In this document: in pieces, positions 23,520 to 36,165 of the stretch | Numbering within the stretch: position 1 is the first letter of the stretch | Layout of the letters: each line of letters starts with the position of its first letter | From: Pristiophorus japonicus | Lineage: Eukaryota | Assembly (NCBI RefSeq): GCF_044704955.1 | Contig: NC_091977.1 | Coordinates: 92,070,001 to 92,134,000 of the forward strand | Direction: 5' to 3' | Length of the DNA: 64,000 nt | Notes under the pieces: model-generated | Database searches by the model: none | What the model was told of the DNA's origin: nothing | The model's input: the letters and a program-made list of their open reading frames with translations, nothing else | Translations under genes and position numbers: made by a program

Positions 23520-24971
23520 GCAGGGGAGATCCCAGCAGATTGGAAAACCGCAAATGTAACACCCCTATTTAAAAAAGGAAGCAGACAAAAAGCAAAAACC
23601 AGTTAGCCTAACATCTGTGGTTGGGAAAATGCTGGAGTCCATTATTAAGGAAGCAGTAGCAGGACATTTGGAAAAGCATAATTCAATCAAGCAGAGTCAG
23701 CATGGTTTTATGAAAGGGTAATTATGTTTGACAAATTTGCTGGAATTCTTTGAGGATGTAATGAGCAGGGTGGATAAGTGGGAACCAGTGGATGTGGTGT
23801 ATTTGGACTTTCAGAAGGCATTCGATAAGGTGCCACATAAAAGGTTACTGCACAAGATAAAAGCTCACAGGGTTGGGGATAGTATATTAGCATTGATAGA
23901 GGTTTGGCTAACTAACATAAAACAGAGAGTCGGGATAAATGGGTCATTTTCCAGTTAGTAAACAGTAACTAGTGGGGTGCCGCAGGGATCAGTGCTGGAG
24001 TCTCAACTATTTACAATCCATATTAATGACTTGGGTGAAGGGACTGAGTGTAATGTAGCCAAGTTTGCTGATGATACAAAGATGGGTGGAAAAGCAAATT
24101 GTGAGGAGGGATATAGACAGGCTAAGTGAGTGGGCAAAAATTTGGCAGATGGAGTATAATGTGGGAAAATGTGAGGTTATCCACTGTGGAAGAAAAAATA
24201 GAAAAGCAAATTATAATTTAAATGGAGAAAAATTGCAAAGTGCTGCAGCACAGAGGGACCTGGAGGTCCTTGTGCATGAAACACAAAAAGTTAGTATGCA
24301 GGTCCAGCATGTAATCAGGAAGGCAAATGGAATGTTGGCCTTTATTGCAAGGGGGATAGAGTATAAAAGCAGAGAAGTCCTGCTACAACTGTACAGGGTA
24401 TTGGTGAGGCCACACCTGGAGTACTGCATACAGTTTTAGTCTCCATATTTAAGGAAGGATATACTTGCATTGGAGGCTGATCAGAGAAGGTTCACTAGGT
24501 TGATTCCGGAGATGAGGGGGTTGACTTATGAAGATAGGTTGAGTAGGTTGGGCCTATACTTATTGGAGTTCAGAAGAATGGGCAGTGACCTTATTGCAAC
24601 ATATAAGGTAATGAGGGCGCTCAACAAGGTGGATGCAGAAAGGATATTTCCACTCATAGGCAAAACTAAAACTATGGGACATAGTCTCAGAATAAGGGGC
24701 CTCCCATTTAAAACTGAGATGAGGAGGAATTTCTTCTCTCAGAGGGTTGTAAATCTGTGGAATGCTCTGCCTCAGAGAGCTGTGGAGGCTGGGTCATTGA
24801 ATATATTTAAGGTGGAGATAGACAGATTTTTGAGTGATAAGGGAGTAAAGGGTTACGGGGAGCGGGCAGGGAAGTGGAGCTGGGTCCATGATCAGATCAG
24901 GCAGGATCTTATTAAATGGCGGAACAGGCTCGAGGGACCAAATGGCCTACTCCTGCTCCTATTTCTTATGT
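23520..24971 (+). mobile_element. CR1, 5'-truncated
   Basis: RT motifs in ORFs 23728, 24065 and 24470; TTCTTATG end. Confidence 0.92.
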
Positions 24972-25229
24972 AAAATGCTGAATTTTTGAATTATCAAATA
25001 AATTGGTATTTTATCATTTAAATAATCTTTAATCAAACAAATTGTACATAACATAATTAAGATTCAAGAAGTAAAAATTCTTACATATTATAGTCATGAA
25101 GTTGTGTTTTACACTTTTGGTACTTCAGTGTGAAAAGCTTAACTCCAGAAACATTTCGGGTTTTGCACACAGGTAGTCAGTCTCCATTTTGCCTTTGCAG
25201 CACCAAAGGGCCAAATTTCCAGCTGGAGT

Positions 25230-27660
25230 GCCATTCGGCCCCTTGAGCCTGCTCTGCCATTCAATAGGACCATGGCTGATCTTCTACCTCCACACTTTCC
25301 TGCACTATCCCCACATCCCTTGATTCCCTTAATATCCAAAAATCTATTGATCTCTGTCATGATTTTACTAAACAACAGCCTCCACAGCCCTCTAGGGTAG
25401 AGAATTCCAAAGATCTACCACCTTCTGAGTGAAGAAATTTCTCTTCATCTCAATCCTAACTAGCCGACCCCTTATTCTGAGACTGTGACCCCTGGTTCTA
25501 GACTCCCCAGCCAGGGGAGACATCCTCCCTGCATTTACCCTGTCAAATCCTGTAAGAAATTTGTATTTTTCAATGAGATCACCTCTCATTGTTCTAAACT
25601 CTAGAGAATGTAGGCCTAGTCTAATCAATCTCTCCTCATAGGTTAATCCCCCCATCCCAGGAATCAGTCTGGTGAACTTTCGTTGTACTCCTTCAATGGC
25701 AAGTATATCCTTCATTATTTAAGGAGACCAAAACTGTACACAATACTCCAGGTGTGGTCTTACCAGGGGCCTATATAATTGCAGGGAGATATCTTGGGGC
25801 CGAAATCCCCTCCCCCCACCTGCCCACCCCCCCAGCCCCGACTGGACCTTTAAGATTTTTCTCCATCTAAATCCATGGGGCGGATCTTGCGCCGATATTC
25901 ACCTGTTTATTTTGTATTTCCGGTCGGGGCAGTGTTGAGGGGTGGAAATGTCCCTGGATTGGGTCGGCCATCCCAACGAATTATCAGTGCCACACTGCTA
26001 CGTCACAATGTCCTTCCCCTTCAGTTAAAGCGGAGGACCGCTGCGAAATTGGCAAATACTTTTGTTAGGCCCACTGGGCTTTGGCCGGGCCAGCGGTCTG
26101 TTACCCAAGAGGGGGTACTAGGCTGTCTGTTAGTGGCCCGGCAGAACCCTTGGCTACCATTGTCGGTTCGACCTTGGAGTTGGCCCGACAATTAAAATAA
26201 AATGGAGGCGCCGGCAGCGTGCCCTCCCCTTTAATTAAATCTGTCAGTGGCACCGACCAGCGGCCGCTCCGCTCCCGTGGGGCAATTTCTCGTGGAGGTC
26301 GGAAAGGGAGTCGTCGCTAGTGGGAAGGGAGTCTACGTGTGCCCGATGGGCTGCAGCATGGGCGGCGTTCCTGTCACTCCTGGCCCGGGGGCAATTTCGG
26401 ATGGGTCGGCCCATCCGTCAGCCCCTGGCCGGTAAGGTCTATACGCTGGGGGGGGCAATTTCGGCCCCCTTTACTCTTGCAATAAAGGCCAATATACCAT
26501 TTTCTTTCTTAATTGCTTGCTGTACCTGCATGTTAACTTTCAGTGATTCATGTACAAGGATGTCCAGGTCCCTCTGAACACCAACATTTCCCAATCTCTC
26601 AACATTTAAAAATACTCTGCTTTTCTATTTTTTCTACCAATGTGGATAACTTCACATTTCACCACATTATATTCCATTTGCCATGTTCTTGCTAACTCAC
26701 TTAGCCTATCTATATCCACTTGATGCCTCTTTGCATTCTCCTCACAACTTACATTCCCACCTAGCTTTGTATTATCAGAAAACTTGGATATATTACATTT
26801 GGTCTCCTCATCCAAATCATTGATATAGATTGTGAATAGCTGAGGCCCAAGCACTGATCCTTGCGGTATCCCACTAGTTACAGTCTGCCAACCCAAAAAT
26901 GACCTGTTTATTCCTACTCTCTGTTTGTTTCAGTTAACCACTCCTCAATCCATGGGAGTATATTACCCCCAATCCCATGAGCGCTAATTTTGTATAATAA
27001 CCTCTTGTGTGGCATCTTATTGAATGCCTTCGGAAAATCCAAATACACCACATCCACTGGTTTGCCCATATCTATTCTGTTAGTTATAACCTCAAAACAC
27101 TCCAACAGATTTGTCAAACATGATTTCCCTTTCCTAAGTCCGTGTTGACTCTGCCCAATCCTATTATTATTTTCTAAGTGCCCTGTTACCATGTCAATAA
27201 TAAATTCTAGCATTTTCCCTACTACTGATGTCAGGCTAACTGGTCTGTAGTTCCCTGTTTTCTCACTCCCTCCTTTCTTAAATAAGGAGGTTACATTCCA
27301 ATCTGCGGGAACCATTCTAGAATCTATGGAATTTTGGAAGATGACAACCAATGCATCCACTATCTCTTTAGCCACCTCTTTCAAAACCCCTAGGATGCAG
27401 GCTATCAGGTCCAGGGGATTTATTGGCTTTCAGTCCCATTAATTTCTTCAGTACTATTTTTTACTAATACTAATTTCTTTCAGTTCCTCATCCTCAATAG
27501 ACCCTTGGTTCTCCACTATTTCCAGGAGGTTTTTTAATTTCTCTGCCATTTTCTTATTCCCCATTATAATTTCTCCTGTCTCAGCCTGCAATAGACCCAC
27601 CTTTACTTTCGCTAATCTTTTCCTTTTTACATACCTATAGAAGCTATTACAGTCTTTTTT
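25230..27660 (-). mobile_element. CR1, 5'-truncated, interrupted by a MITE
   Basis: ORFs 25392-25715, 26606-26896, 26914-27384 and 27454-27693 are collinear ORF2 pieces. Confidence 0.9.
25796..26468. mobile_element. GC-rich Harbinger MITE (M3)
   Basis: TIRs GGGGCCGAAAT / ATTTCGGCCCC; 3-bp TSD CTT at 25793-95 and 26469-71. Confidence 0.88.
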
Positions 27661-27664
27661 GAAA

Positions 27665-27985
27665 GAGCTAGAATTTCCCCTGGGTTCGCCCATTTAATGC
27701 CAATTTACCGCCCAGTTACCGCCTGTTTTGGACAAAAATGTAAATTACCGCCCTGTATCGCCCGTTTCACCTCCCGATTATCACCGGCGGTAATTTCGGC
27801 CTATGATTACCGCCGGCGTTGCTGCAAATTGCCTGCCCACATTTGCCGCCCAGAATTGCCAAAATTTCCCCCCCTCCCCCCAGCGCTAATTTCCAGAAAA
27901 AAGCATTTTTTAAGACCCGCTACCGCCCGTTATCGCTCCGATCAAAACCATCCATTTTTAAAGTACTTACCTGACTTGGGCCCAG
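27665..27985. mobile_element. Harbinger end fragment
   Basis: GAGCTAGAATTTCC TIR-like start; repeated (T)TACCGCC / TATCGCC subterminal motifs. Confidence 0.55.
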
Positions 27986-28670
27986 CGTTATGCATGATTA
28001 AGTGTTACCAGCTGGGATACAAACTTCATTCAGAGTGGAGATTACTAGAAACTTTTCACCATCATAACAGGCTGGCTGATCACTCCAGCCCATGGTGCTG
28101 ATGACCATTTATGGTCAGATTAGTGTCTAGTTGACAGCTCTTTTAAAGTTTCTGCCTTAGTGATGTAAAATAAATTGGAGAAGACTAATCTGCCCATAAA
28201 TGGTCACCAACAGCATGGGCTAGACTTTCCATTATTGTGCAGCTTGCCCAAAAATGGGCGTTATTTCCAGCGATGGCGTTGGCGTTTATTGTAGGTTTTG
28301 AGATCGCCGGATTATCGCCCATTTTGAAACACCCTAGTTTCCACTTTATAAAATGGGCGTTAGCGGAAGCAATGTAAAATGAGCGTTAGCAATAATTTTT
28401 TTTTCTTCTGTCGTAAAATGTTGGGGTCCATAGCAACGCCATAGCAAGTATTTTCCTGAGTTTTAGGAGGTCAGAGGTCATCAATACATGCGCAGAAGAG
28501 GAGAGGGAGAGAGAGCAGAAAGGAAGAGAAAGCTCGTGTGTGTTCGTTGAGTTGGTGTTTGTGGTTTGTTTGGCTGTTGTGGGAGTTTGGAACGATTTTT
28601 ATAAGGAGTACTCATAAAAAATAGCACAATTTAGTTTTGTGAGACAGAAATACCTGTCACAAAAAGAAAA

Positions 28671-30473
28671 ATGGAAGGCATGGAGGAGGCGAAAGAGCAT
28701 GATGTGGAGGTGGAAGAGGCTGTTGAGGGCAGTGAGGTTGGCGAGGAATTGGTGATGGGAGGACGAAAAAGAGCGAGGAGATTCTCGGACGAGGCAAATG
28801 CTGCCCTCCTGCAGGAGGTGGAGCCACGTTTGAGTCAATTGACCCGGGGTGGGTGTGGGAAGCCCACCCCAAAGGTTTATCAGAAGATTTGGGACAAAAT
28901 CGCTGAGGTGGTCTCATCGGTGACGCACAAGGTGCCTGAGGGCAACCAGTGCCACAAGCACTGGAACAACCTTGTCAGCTCCAGCAGAATAAGTATTATA
29001 TTTATTTACACTTACATATATATTTATATAATTGGAATTGTAAGTGTAATGAGTAAATAAATTCAGATCTGATGTATTGCAATTAGACCGGGAATGTTTT
29101 ATTCAAATCCTATGTTTATGGTCTATGTGCTTAGATTAAAAATGATAATAATAATAATAATAATTGTAACATCTATCGGTTATGTGTTGTATCAGTATCT
29201 GTGACAGTACCTATCGATGATCTTATGCAATGATCTTATGCCATGCCGTGCTGATGTTATCTTTTACAGAATAGGGCCGAGCAGCGGCGCACGGGTGGCG
29301 GCCCACCAGTGATGTGTGAGCTAATGGACATTGAGGAGCGGGCACTGGCACGAGTGGGGATCCACAACCGCTCGTCCACCCGTGCAGCAGCAGAACCTGA
29401 TGTTATGCCATGTGAGTAAAGTATACACCATTGCGTGATGTAAAGTCAATAGATGCCACACCCACTTATAGCCATACAATATATGATAGATGATTGATGA
29501 AAGTGTTAAGTAATTAATGATGGGCTCATGAAAATCATGGTAATGTTGGATTTTGTTATGTTCATTAAATTTGATGCCTGTGATTTTTTGATAGTGCTGT
29601 TCTCGTGCATAAGCTTTGTGTAGCGTTTGAATCACCCTGTGACCCTAGCACCCGCTTCTCCTTCAATTACCTCATTTATGTTTTGTAGCTCAGCCAAGAG
29701 TGCAGTTACTGCCAACAGCACTGAGGCGAGGTGATGATCTTGCGGCGGCGTCTGATGGTGAGGAGCCCCGAATATCGTCCGTTGAGCTGCAGGTTGTCCT
29801 CTCCACTGAGGACAGTGAGGAGTTGGAGGAACCTGCAGCAACAAACTCCAGATCAAGCACACCGATTACATTTAGTGCTCCTGCGGCAATGTCCTCCTCT
29901 ACCGTGGAGGTAGCGGGCCCAAGCACTTTGCCGCAGGGCATCCCAAGTGTCTCCATGCCGGCGCCAACCCCGCGGAGGTTGGTTTGATGCAGCAGGACTG
30001 CTCCACGATCAGCAGATCTCAGCGGGTACATGGTGCATTTGTCCAGGAGGAGTGTTGACATAGGTCACAAGATCCTCCAGACAATGGGGGACATATTCCA
30101 ACAGATGGCCACCATATCCACAAACAATACCGAGTACATGCCGTGGATGGCGCTAGCCCTGGAGGTGATAGCCAGGAACACTGGTGCCAGAGGGCTGCCA
30201 GTGTTCCCGGAATGTGGCACTGAACCCCAAGGTGCCACACCCACATTGCCAACGACACATGAGAGCCAGGAGGAAGATATTGCTTCTAGCTCGGAAGACG
30301 TTTCCTCCTCGAGAACGTCCTCTCCAGAATCCGGCCAATCAGCGGATCTGCCGTCATCCCCCCCCCCAATGAAGCAGCACCTGAGGAGCACTGCGGCAAA
30401 GCTGTTTGGAGTCGGGAGGCGAAGCGGAAGGGGTAGAGGTGGGGAGAAGATATGGGGGGAAAAAGGAAAATGA
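28671..30473 (+). pseudogene. Harbinger Myb/SANT gene, exons 28671-28988, 29270-29411, 29689-30473
   Basis: RKRARRFSDEAN..W..IAE..QCHKHWNNL; donor 1 mutated to ATAAGT; exon 2 EQRRTGGGPP; in-frame TGA at 29985-87. Confidence 0.85.
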
Positions 30474-30894
30474 GGTGCATGGCTGCAGGAGTTAGAGTTC
30501 TAACAGTATTGTTCTTGTTTTTGTTGCTAGTTAATGAATGTTGTGAGGTTTGGGGGAAGGGGGAGGAGGGGTACCTTGTTGTATTTGCATTTGTGTTATT
30601 TATGTTATTAGTGTTATTGGAATTATAAAAAATTTAATAAATGTTATAAATGTTATAAATCTGTTGTGCGGTGGGGTGGGGGTGGGGTGGGGTGTTTTTT
30701 AGAGTTAAAATTATGAATTAATACAAATGTTATTATTAAATTTGTTTTATTTAACATAACATTAAACACTGGTGATTCCTTAACATGAAAGGGAATAATT
30801 AAACGTAACTTGAATCAACTTTAACTTCAACTGTCACCAAGATAATGCACACCATTCATGTAGCAGTCTTGCAGCTTTGTAAATACCACCAACA

Positions 30895-32117
30895 TTATTT
30901 CAAGCAAAGCAGCTCATTTATGAGCTGCTGTTGTAAGAGTCTTGCAGCTATGTAGCCACTACGGGCCCTTTCCTGCGGTCTACAGAGGGGCGGGGGCATG
31001 GTTTCATCATCATCCTGATTGTCTCCCCCGAGGTCATCGTCCACCTCCTCATCCTCCTCTTCCTCTCTCTCCTGAGGTGGACCGGCAGTCCTTTCTGGCA
31101 ATTCTTGTCCCCTCCTGACAGCCAAGTTATGCAGCATGCAGCACACTACCACGAATTGAGCTACCTACTCAGGGTGATATTATAACTCGCCTCCTGAGTG
31201 GTCTAGGCATCTAAAGCGCTGCTTAAGCACTCCAATGGTCTTTTCGACGATATTGCATGTGGCTATGTGGTTTTCGTTGTATTGCTTCTCGGCTTCTGTC
31301 TGGGTGTTACGCAAGGGGTCATCGACCAGGTGACAAGGCCATATCCTTTGTCACCAAGAATCCAGCATTGACCTTGTGGCTGACTGGTAAAAATGTCAGA
31401 TACAGCACTCTCACGCAGGGTGTGAGCATCGTGGATGCTGCCCGGAAATTTGGCATTTACTGCCATTATAATTTGCTTGTGGTCAACAACGAGTTCCTCA
31501 TTCAGGTAGTGAAATCTCTTTCGGTTCCGAAAAACCTCTGCATCCTGAAAAGATGCCCACATGCCGATTTGCGTACAGTCTATTGCTCCCTGCAACTTGG
31601 GGAACTTTGCTATCCTGGAGAATCCTAGAGCCTTCTCAGTCTGTGCCTCCCTGGTCATAGGGAAGCGGATAAAGTCCATCTTTCTGTGTACGTAAAGGGC
31701 TTCAGTCACCTGTCGAATGCTGCAATGTGTGGCATGCTAAGCTATAGCGCAAATGTCGCCAACTGAGGTCTGAAAGGAACCCGATGCATAGAAGGAAAGT
31801 GCCGCAGTTACCTTGACCTCAACAGACAGTGCGGTCCTGATGGTGTTGGTAGGCTGCAGATCTCCCCTGAATAGTTGGCATATCTCACTGATGACTTCTT
31901 TTCAGAAGCGCAGTCTCCTCAGGCACATGTTATCGGACAAGTTCAGGTAAGACCACTTCTCCCTGGAAGTGCGTCGGGTGTAAGTTCCCGTCCTCCTCCT
32001 CCGCAGTCTGCCACCTCTTTGATTGGGCACATAATGCTCTTCAATATACCTTCTGCCATCTCTAGTCTGCAGCATGTGCATTGTCATCAAGACAGGCTGA
32101 GAAATTACAGGCCCCAT
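30895..32117 (-). pseudogene. Harbinger DDE transposase (HARBI1-like), with stops and a frameshift
   Basis: LSFYASGSFQ, GAIDCT, FRNRK, KFPGSIHD, WILGDKGY, VEKTIGVLKQRFRCL, CCMLHN, acidic C-terminus. Confidence 0.93.
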
Positions 32118-33039
32118 TACAATAACAATCAGTATTATATCTATTGTTCACAAACAATAAATTTACCTACTAAAACAAATAAAATAAATTAAATTTGTCC
32201 ACAGTATGATAAGATGTTTGTTCAGATTTTCAAATCACCTTAAAATAACTCTAGATTACATCAAAACTCCCCAGAAGCTTAAGCAGCCTTTGAAATGAAA
32301 ACCCCTCCGATTTACAAACTGGCATCCATATTGCTGGGTTAAGGTCAGGTGAGGGCAACTTTTTTTCAGCATTTGTTTCGGTGAGCGATATTTTCGGCGA
32401 TATGTGGGCGACATGCCAAAAGTAACACTCGCCGATATTATGGGCGTCAGTTTCCATTTTTCTGACGTTTACGGCAAAAAAAATGGGCGTGTGGTATTAT
32501 TAATTCTCGGCGTTAATTATATGCTGAAAGTAACGCTGGGCGATAAATGAACGATAAATGGGCGTAAGTTTCTATTTTTTTGCTAAATGGGTGATATCTG
32601 GGCATTCTACCTCATCTCAGCATTAAAATGGATGTTAAGTGGGCGGTAGCGATGCAAAACTTATGGAAAGTCTAGCCATATGACCTGCAACAGCGCAGCT
32701 CAAACAAGGCACAGCTCCAGCAGGGAAACTTCAGATACTTTTCTATTTTATTACAGTCTGCTATTGGCACTTGCAGGTCATTTCAAAATGAAGAGGGATT
32801 TTGATAGAATAAAATAGGGAGAAGCCGTTTCTACTGGCAGAAAGGTCAGATTTAAGGTAATTGCCCAAAGATCCAGAGGGGAGAGGAGAAGATTTTTTTA
32901 ATATATAAATGCAGCAACTGGTTAATGGGTTAAAACAACTAGATCAGGTTTAATTCTCAATTTGTGTCGAGTTAGCTAATCGAAGTGAAACTGATGTCTT
33001 TAGAATTAGCCTCGACATCCCCAATCTGGGGGGGAAGAG

Positions 33040-35360
33040 TAGTGTAATGAGAGAGGATTAATTAGCAATCTCGTTGTGCAACGCCCCTTGGGGAAGAGTG
33101 ACCATAATATGGTGGAATTCTGCATTAGGATGGAGAATGAAACAGATAATTCAGAGACCATGGTCCAGAACTTAAAGAAGGATAATTTTGAAGGTATGAG
33201 GCGTGAATTGGCTAGGATAGATTGGCGAATGATACTTAAGGGGTTGACAGTGGATGGGCAATGGCAGACATTTAGAGACCGCATGGATGAACTACAACAA
33301 TTGTACATCCCTGTCTGGCGTAAAAATAAAAAAGGGAAGGTGGCTCAACCGTGACTATCAAGAGAAATCAGGGATAATATTAAAGCCAAGGAAGTGGCAT
33401 ACAAATTGGCCAGAAATAGCAACGAACCCGGGGACTGGGAGAAATTTAGAACTCAGCAAAGGAGGACAAAGGGTTTGATTAGGGCAGGGAAAATAGAGTA
33501 CGAGAGGAAACCTGCAGAGAACATTAAAACGGACTGCAAAAGCTTCTATAGATATGTAAAGAGAAAAAGGTTAGTAAAGACAAATATAGGTCCCCTGCAG
33601 TCAGAATCAGGGGAAGTCATAACGGGGAACAAAGAAATGGCAGACCAATTGAACAAGTACTTTGGTTCGGTATTCACTAAGGAGGACACAAACAACCTTC
33701 CGGATATAAAAGGGGTCAGAGGGTCTAGTAAGAAAGAGGAACTGAGGGAAATCCTTATTAGTCAGGAAATTGTGTTGGGGAAATTGATGGGATTGAAGGC
33801 CGATAAATCCCCAGGGCCTGATGGTCTGCATCCCAGAGTACTTAAGGAAGTGGCCTTGGAAATAGCGGATGCATTGATAGTCATTTTCCAACATTCCATA
33901 GACTCTGGATCAGTTCCTATGGAGTGGAAGGTAGCCAATGTAACCCTACTTTTTAAAAAAGGAGGGAGAGAAAACAGGGAATTATAGACCGGTCAGCCTG
34001 ACATCGGTAGTGGGTAAAATGATGGAATCAATTATTAAGGATGTCATAGCAGAGCATTTGGAAAGAGGTGGCATGATAGGTCCAAGTCAGCATGGATTTG
34101 TGAAAGGGAAATCATGCTTGACAAATCTTCTGGAATTTTTTGAGGATGTTTCCAGTAGAATGGACAAGGGAGAAGCAGTTGACATGGTGTATTTGGACTT
34201 TCAGAAGGCTTTCGACAAGGTCCCACACAAGAGGTTAATGTGCAAAGGTAAAGCACATGGGATTGGGGGTAGTGTGCTGACATGGATTGAGAACTGGTTG
34301 GCAGACAGGAAGCAAAGAGTAGGAGTAAATGGGTACTTTTCAGAATGACAGGCAGTGACTAGTGGGGTACCGCAAGGTTCTGTGCTGGGGTCCCAGCTGT
34401 TTACATTGTACATTAATGATTATACGAGGGAATTAAATGTAGTATCTCCAAATTTGCGGGTGGCAGTGTGAGCTGCGAGGAGGATGCTATGAGGCTGCAG
34501 AGTGACTTGGATAGGTTAGGTGAGTGGGCAAATGCATGGCAGATGAAGTATAATGTGGATAAATGTGAGGTTATCCACTTTGGTGGTAAAACCAGAGAGA
34601 CAGATTATTATCTGAATGGTGACGGATTAGGAAAAGGGGGGATCCAACGAGACCTGGGTGTCATGGTACATCAGTCATTGAAGGTTGGCATGCAGGTACA
34701 GCAGGCGGTTAAGAAAGCAAATGGCATGTTGGCCTTTCGTTAGCGAGGGGATTTGAGTACAGGGGCAGGGAGGTGTTACTACAGTTGTACAGGGCCTTGG
34801 TGAGGCCACACCTGGAGTATTGTGTACAGTTTGGTCTCCTAACTTGAGGAAGGACATTCTTGCTATTGAGGGAGTGCAGCAAAGGATCACCAGACTGATT
34901 CCCGGGATGGCGGGATTGACATATCAAGAAAGTCTGGATCAACTGGGCTTGTATTCACTGGAGTTCAGAAGAATGAGAAGGGATCTCACAGAAACATTTA
35001 AAATTCTGATGGGTTTAGACAGGTTAGATGCAGGAAGAATGTTCCCAATGTTGGGGAAGTCCAGAACCAGGGGTCACAGTCTAAGGATAAGGGGACCGAG
35101 ATGAGGAGAAACTTCTTCACCCAGAGAGTGGTGAACCTGTGGAATTCTCTACCACAGAAAGTTGTTGAGGTCAATTCACTAAATATATTCAAAAAGAAGT
35201 TAGATGCAGTCCTTACTACTAGGGGGATCAAGGGGTATGGCGAGAAAGCAGGAATGGGGTACTGAAGTTGCATGTTCAGCCATGAACTCATTGAATGGGG
35301 ATGCAGGCTCGAAGGGCCAAACGGCCTACTCCTGCACCTATTTTCTATGTTTCTATGCTT
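33040..35360 (+). mobile_element. CR1, 5'-truncated
   Basis: ORF2 pieces 33076-35104; TTTCTATGTTTCTATG tail. Confidence 0.93.
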
Positions 35361-35449
35361 CTAAACCAGTGTTTGAGCTCCTGATCACTGTCCAATGCCC
35401 CTTGCTGGAACTTGCATGGCATACTGATGCATGGATGGGCACGCACATA

Positions 35450-36019
35450 CTCTTTCGGATGGCAGGCCAGCGAGAGGCGACATGAAGTCTTCGGGCACCC
35501 TCAAGGAATACAAAGTGATTGGGCGCCGCCTGCCCTCAACTAAAGAGCCCGGCCCTGCTCTGTATCAATGCGCATCTTTGCTCCAAGTCATATTGTTGCC
35601 AAGTCTCGATTCTGGTACTTCATTTTTTTGATGAAGAAACTGAAAAAGTCTGCTGGTGAAATTGTCTATTGTAGACAGGTTTTTGAGAAGTCACCAGAAA
35701 AAGTGAAGAACTTTGGTATTTGGATGCGCTGCAATTCTCGTAGTGGAACCTATAATATGTACAGGGAGTACAGGGACCTGACCACTCCTGATGCTGTCAC
35801 CCAGTGCTACCGTGACATGAGGGCTTGCCATCATGCTCGTGCTCACTCCATTCAGATCATGAAGATAGAAGAGATTCCATCGAGCAAGTGTCGCTGGCTT
35901 GCTATTAAGCAGTTCCATGATTCCAAGATCAAGTTCTCTGCCACACAGAATCCTGCATCACCAGCACAAGCCACACTTCACTACCAAGAGACCAAACACG
36001 TTCTTCTAAAATGTATTGA
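35450..36019 (+). pseudogene. RPL18A: Processed pseudogene of 60S ribosomal protein L18a (CDS 35482-36009)
   Basis: [60 protein letters not shown]; intronless; 1-nt and 2-nt deletions; 5' TOP-like CTCTTTC at 35450. Confidence 0.96.
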
Positions 36020-36057
36020 ATACTGTTGGATCAGGCTCGGCTGCAATACACCCATAG

Positions 36058-36165
36058 AACCAAGAGCTGGAAAGTGGGATTAGGGTGGATAGTTCTTGGT
36101 CAGCTGGCGCGGACACGATGGACCGAAATGGCCTCCTTCCGTGCAGTAAATTTGATTCTATGATT
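36058..36165 (+). mobile_element. Short CR1 3'-end insertion
   Basis: PRAGKWD* followed by the CR1 terminus; CATAG TSD at 36053-57 and 36166-70. Confidence 0.85.

Larger units (their letters stand above)
28217..32678. mobile_element. Complete but inactivated two-gene PIF/Harbinger transposon
   Basis: TIRs GGGCTAGACTTTCCAT / ATGGAAAGTCTAGCCA; CAT/TAT flanks; Myb gene (+) and transposase (-) convergent; ATGGGCG subterminal repeats at both ends. Confidence 0.92.

Noticed and set aside
30895-32117. Domesticated host HARBI1 gene
   Set aside because: Multiple stops and a frameshift, and it lies between TIRs with a Myb partner, so it is a transposon copy
35482-36165. RPL18A-CR1 template-switch chimera (ORF 35568-36083 ends in CR1 PRAGKWD)
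   Set aside because: The CR1 piece has its own CATAG TSD and is separated from the retrocopy by SINE-like sequence; the fusion ORF arises from a frameshift
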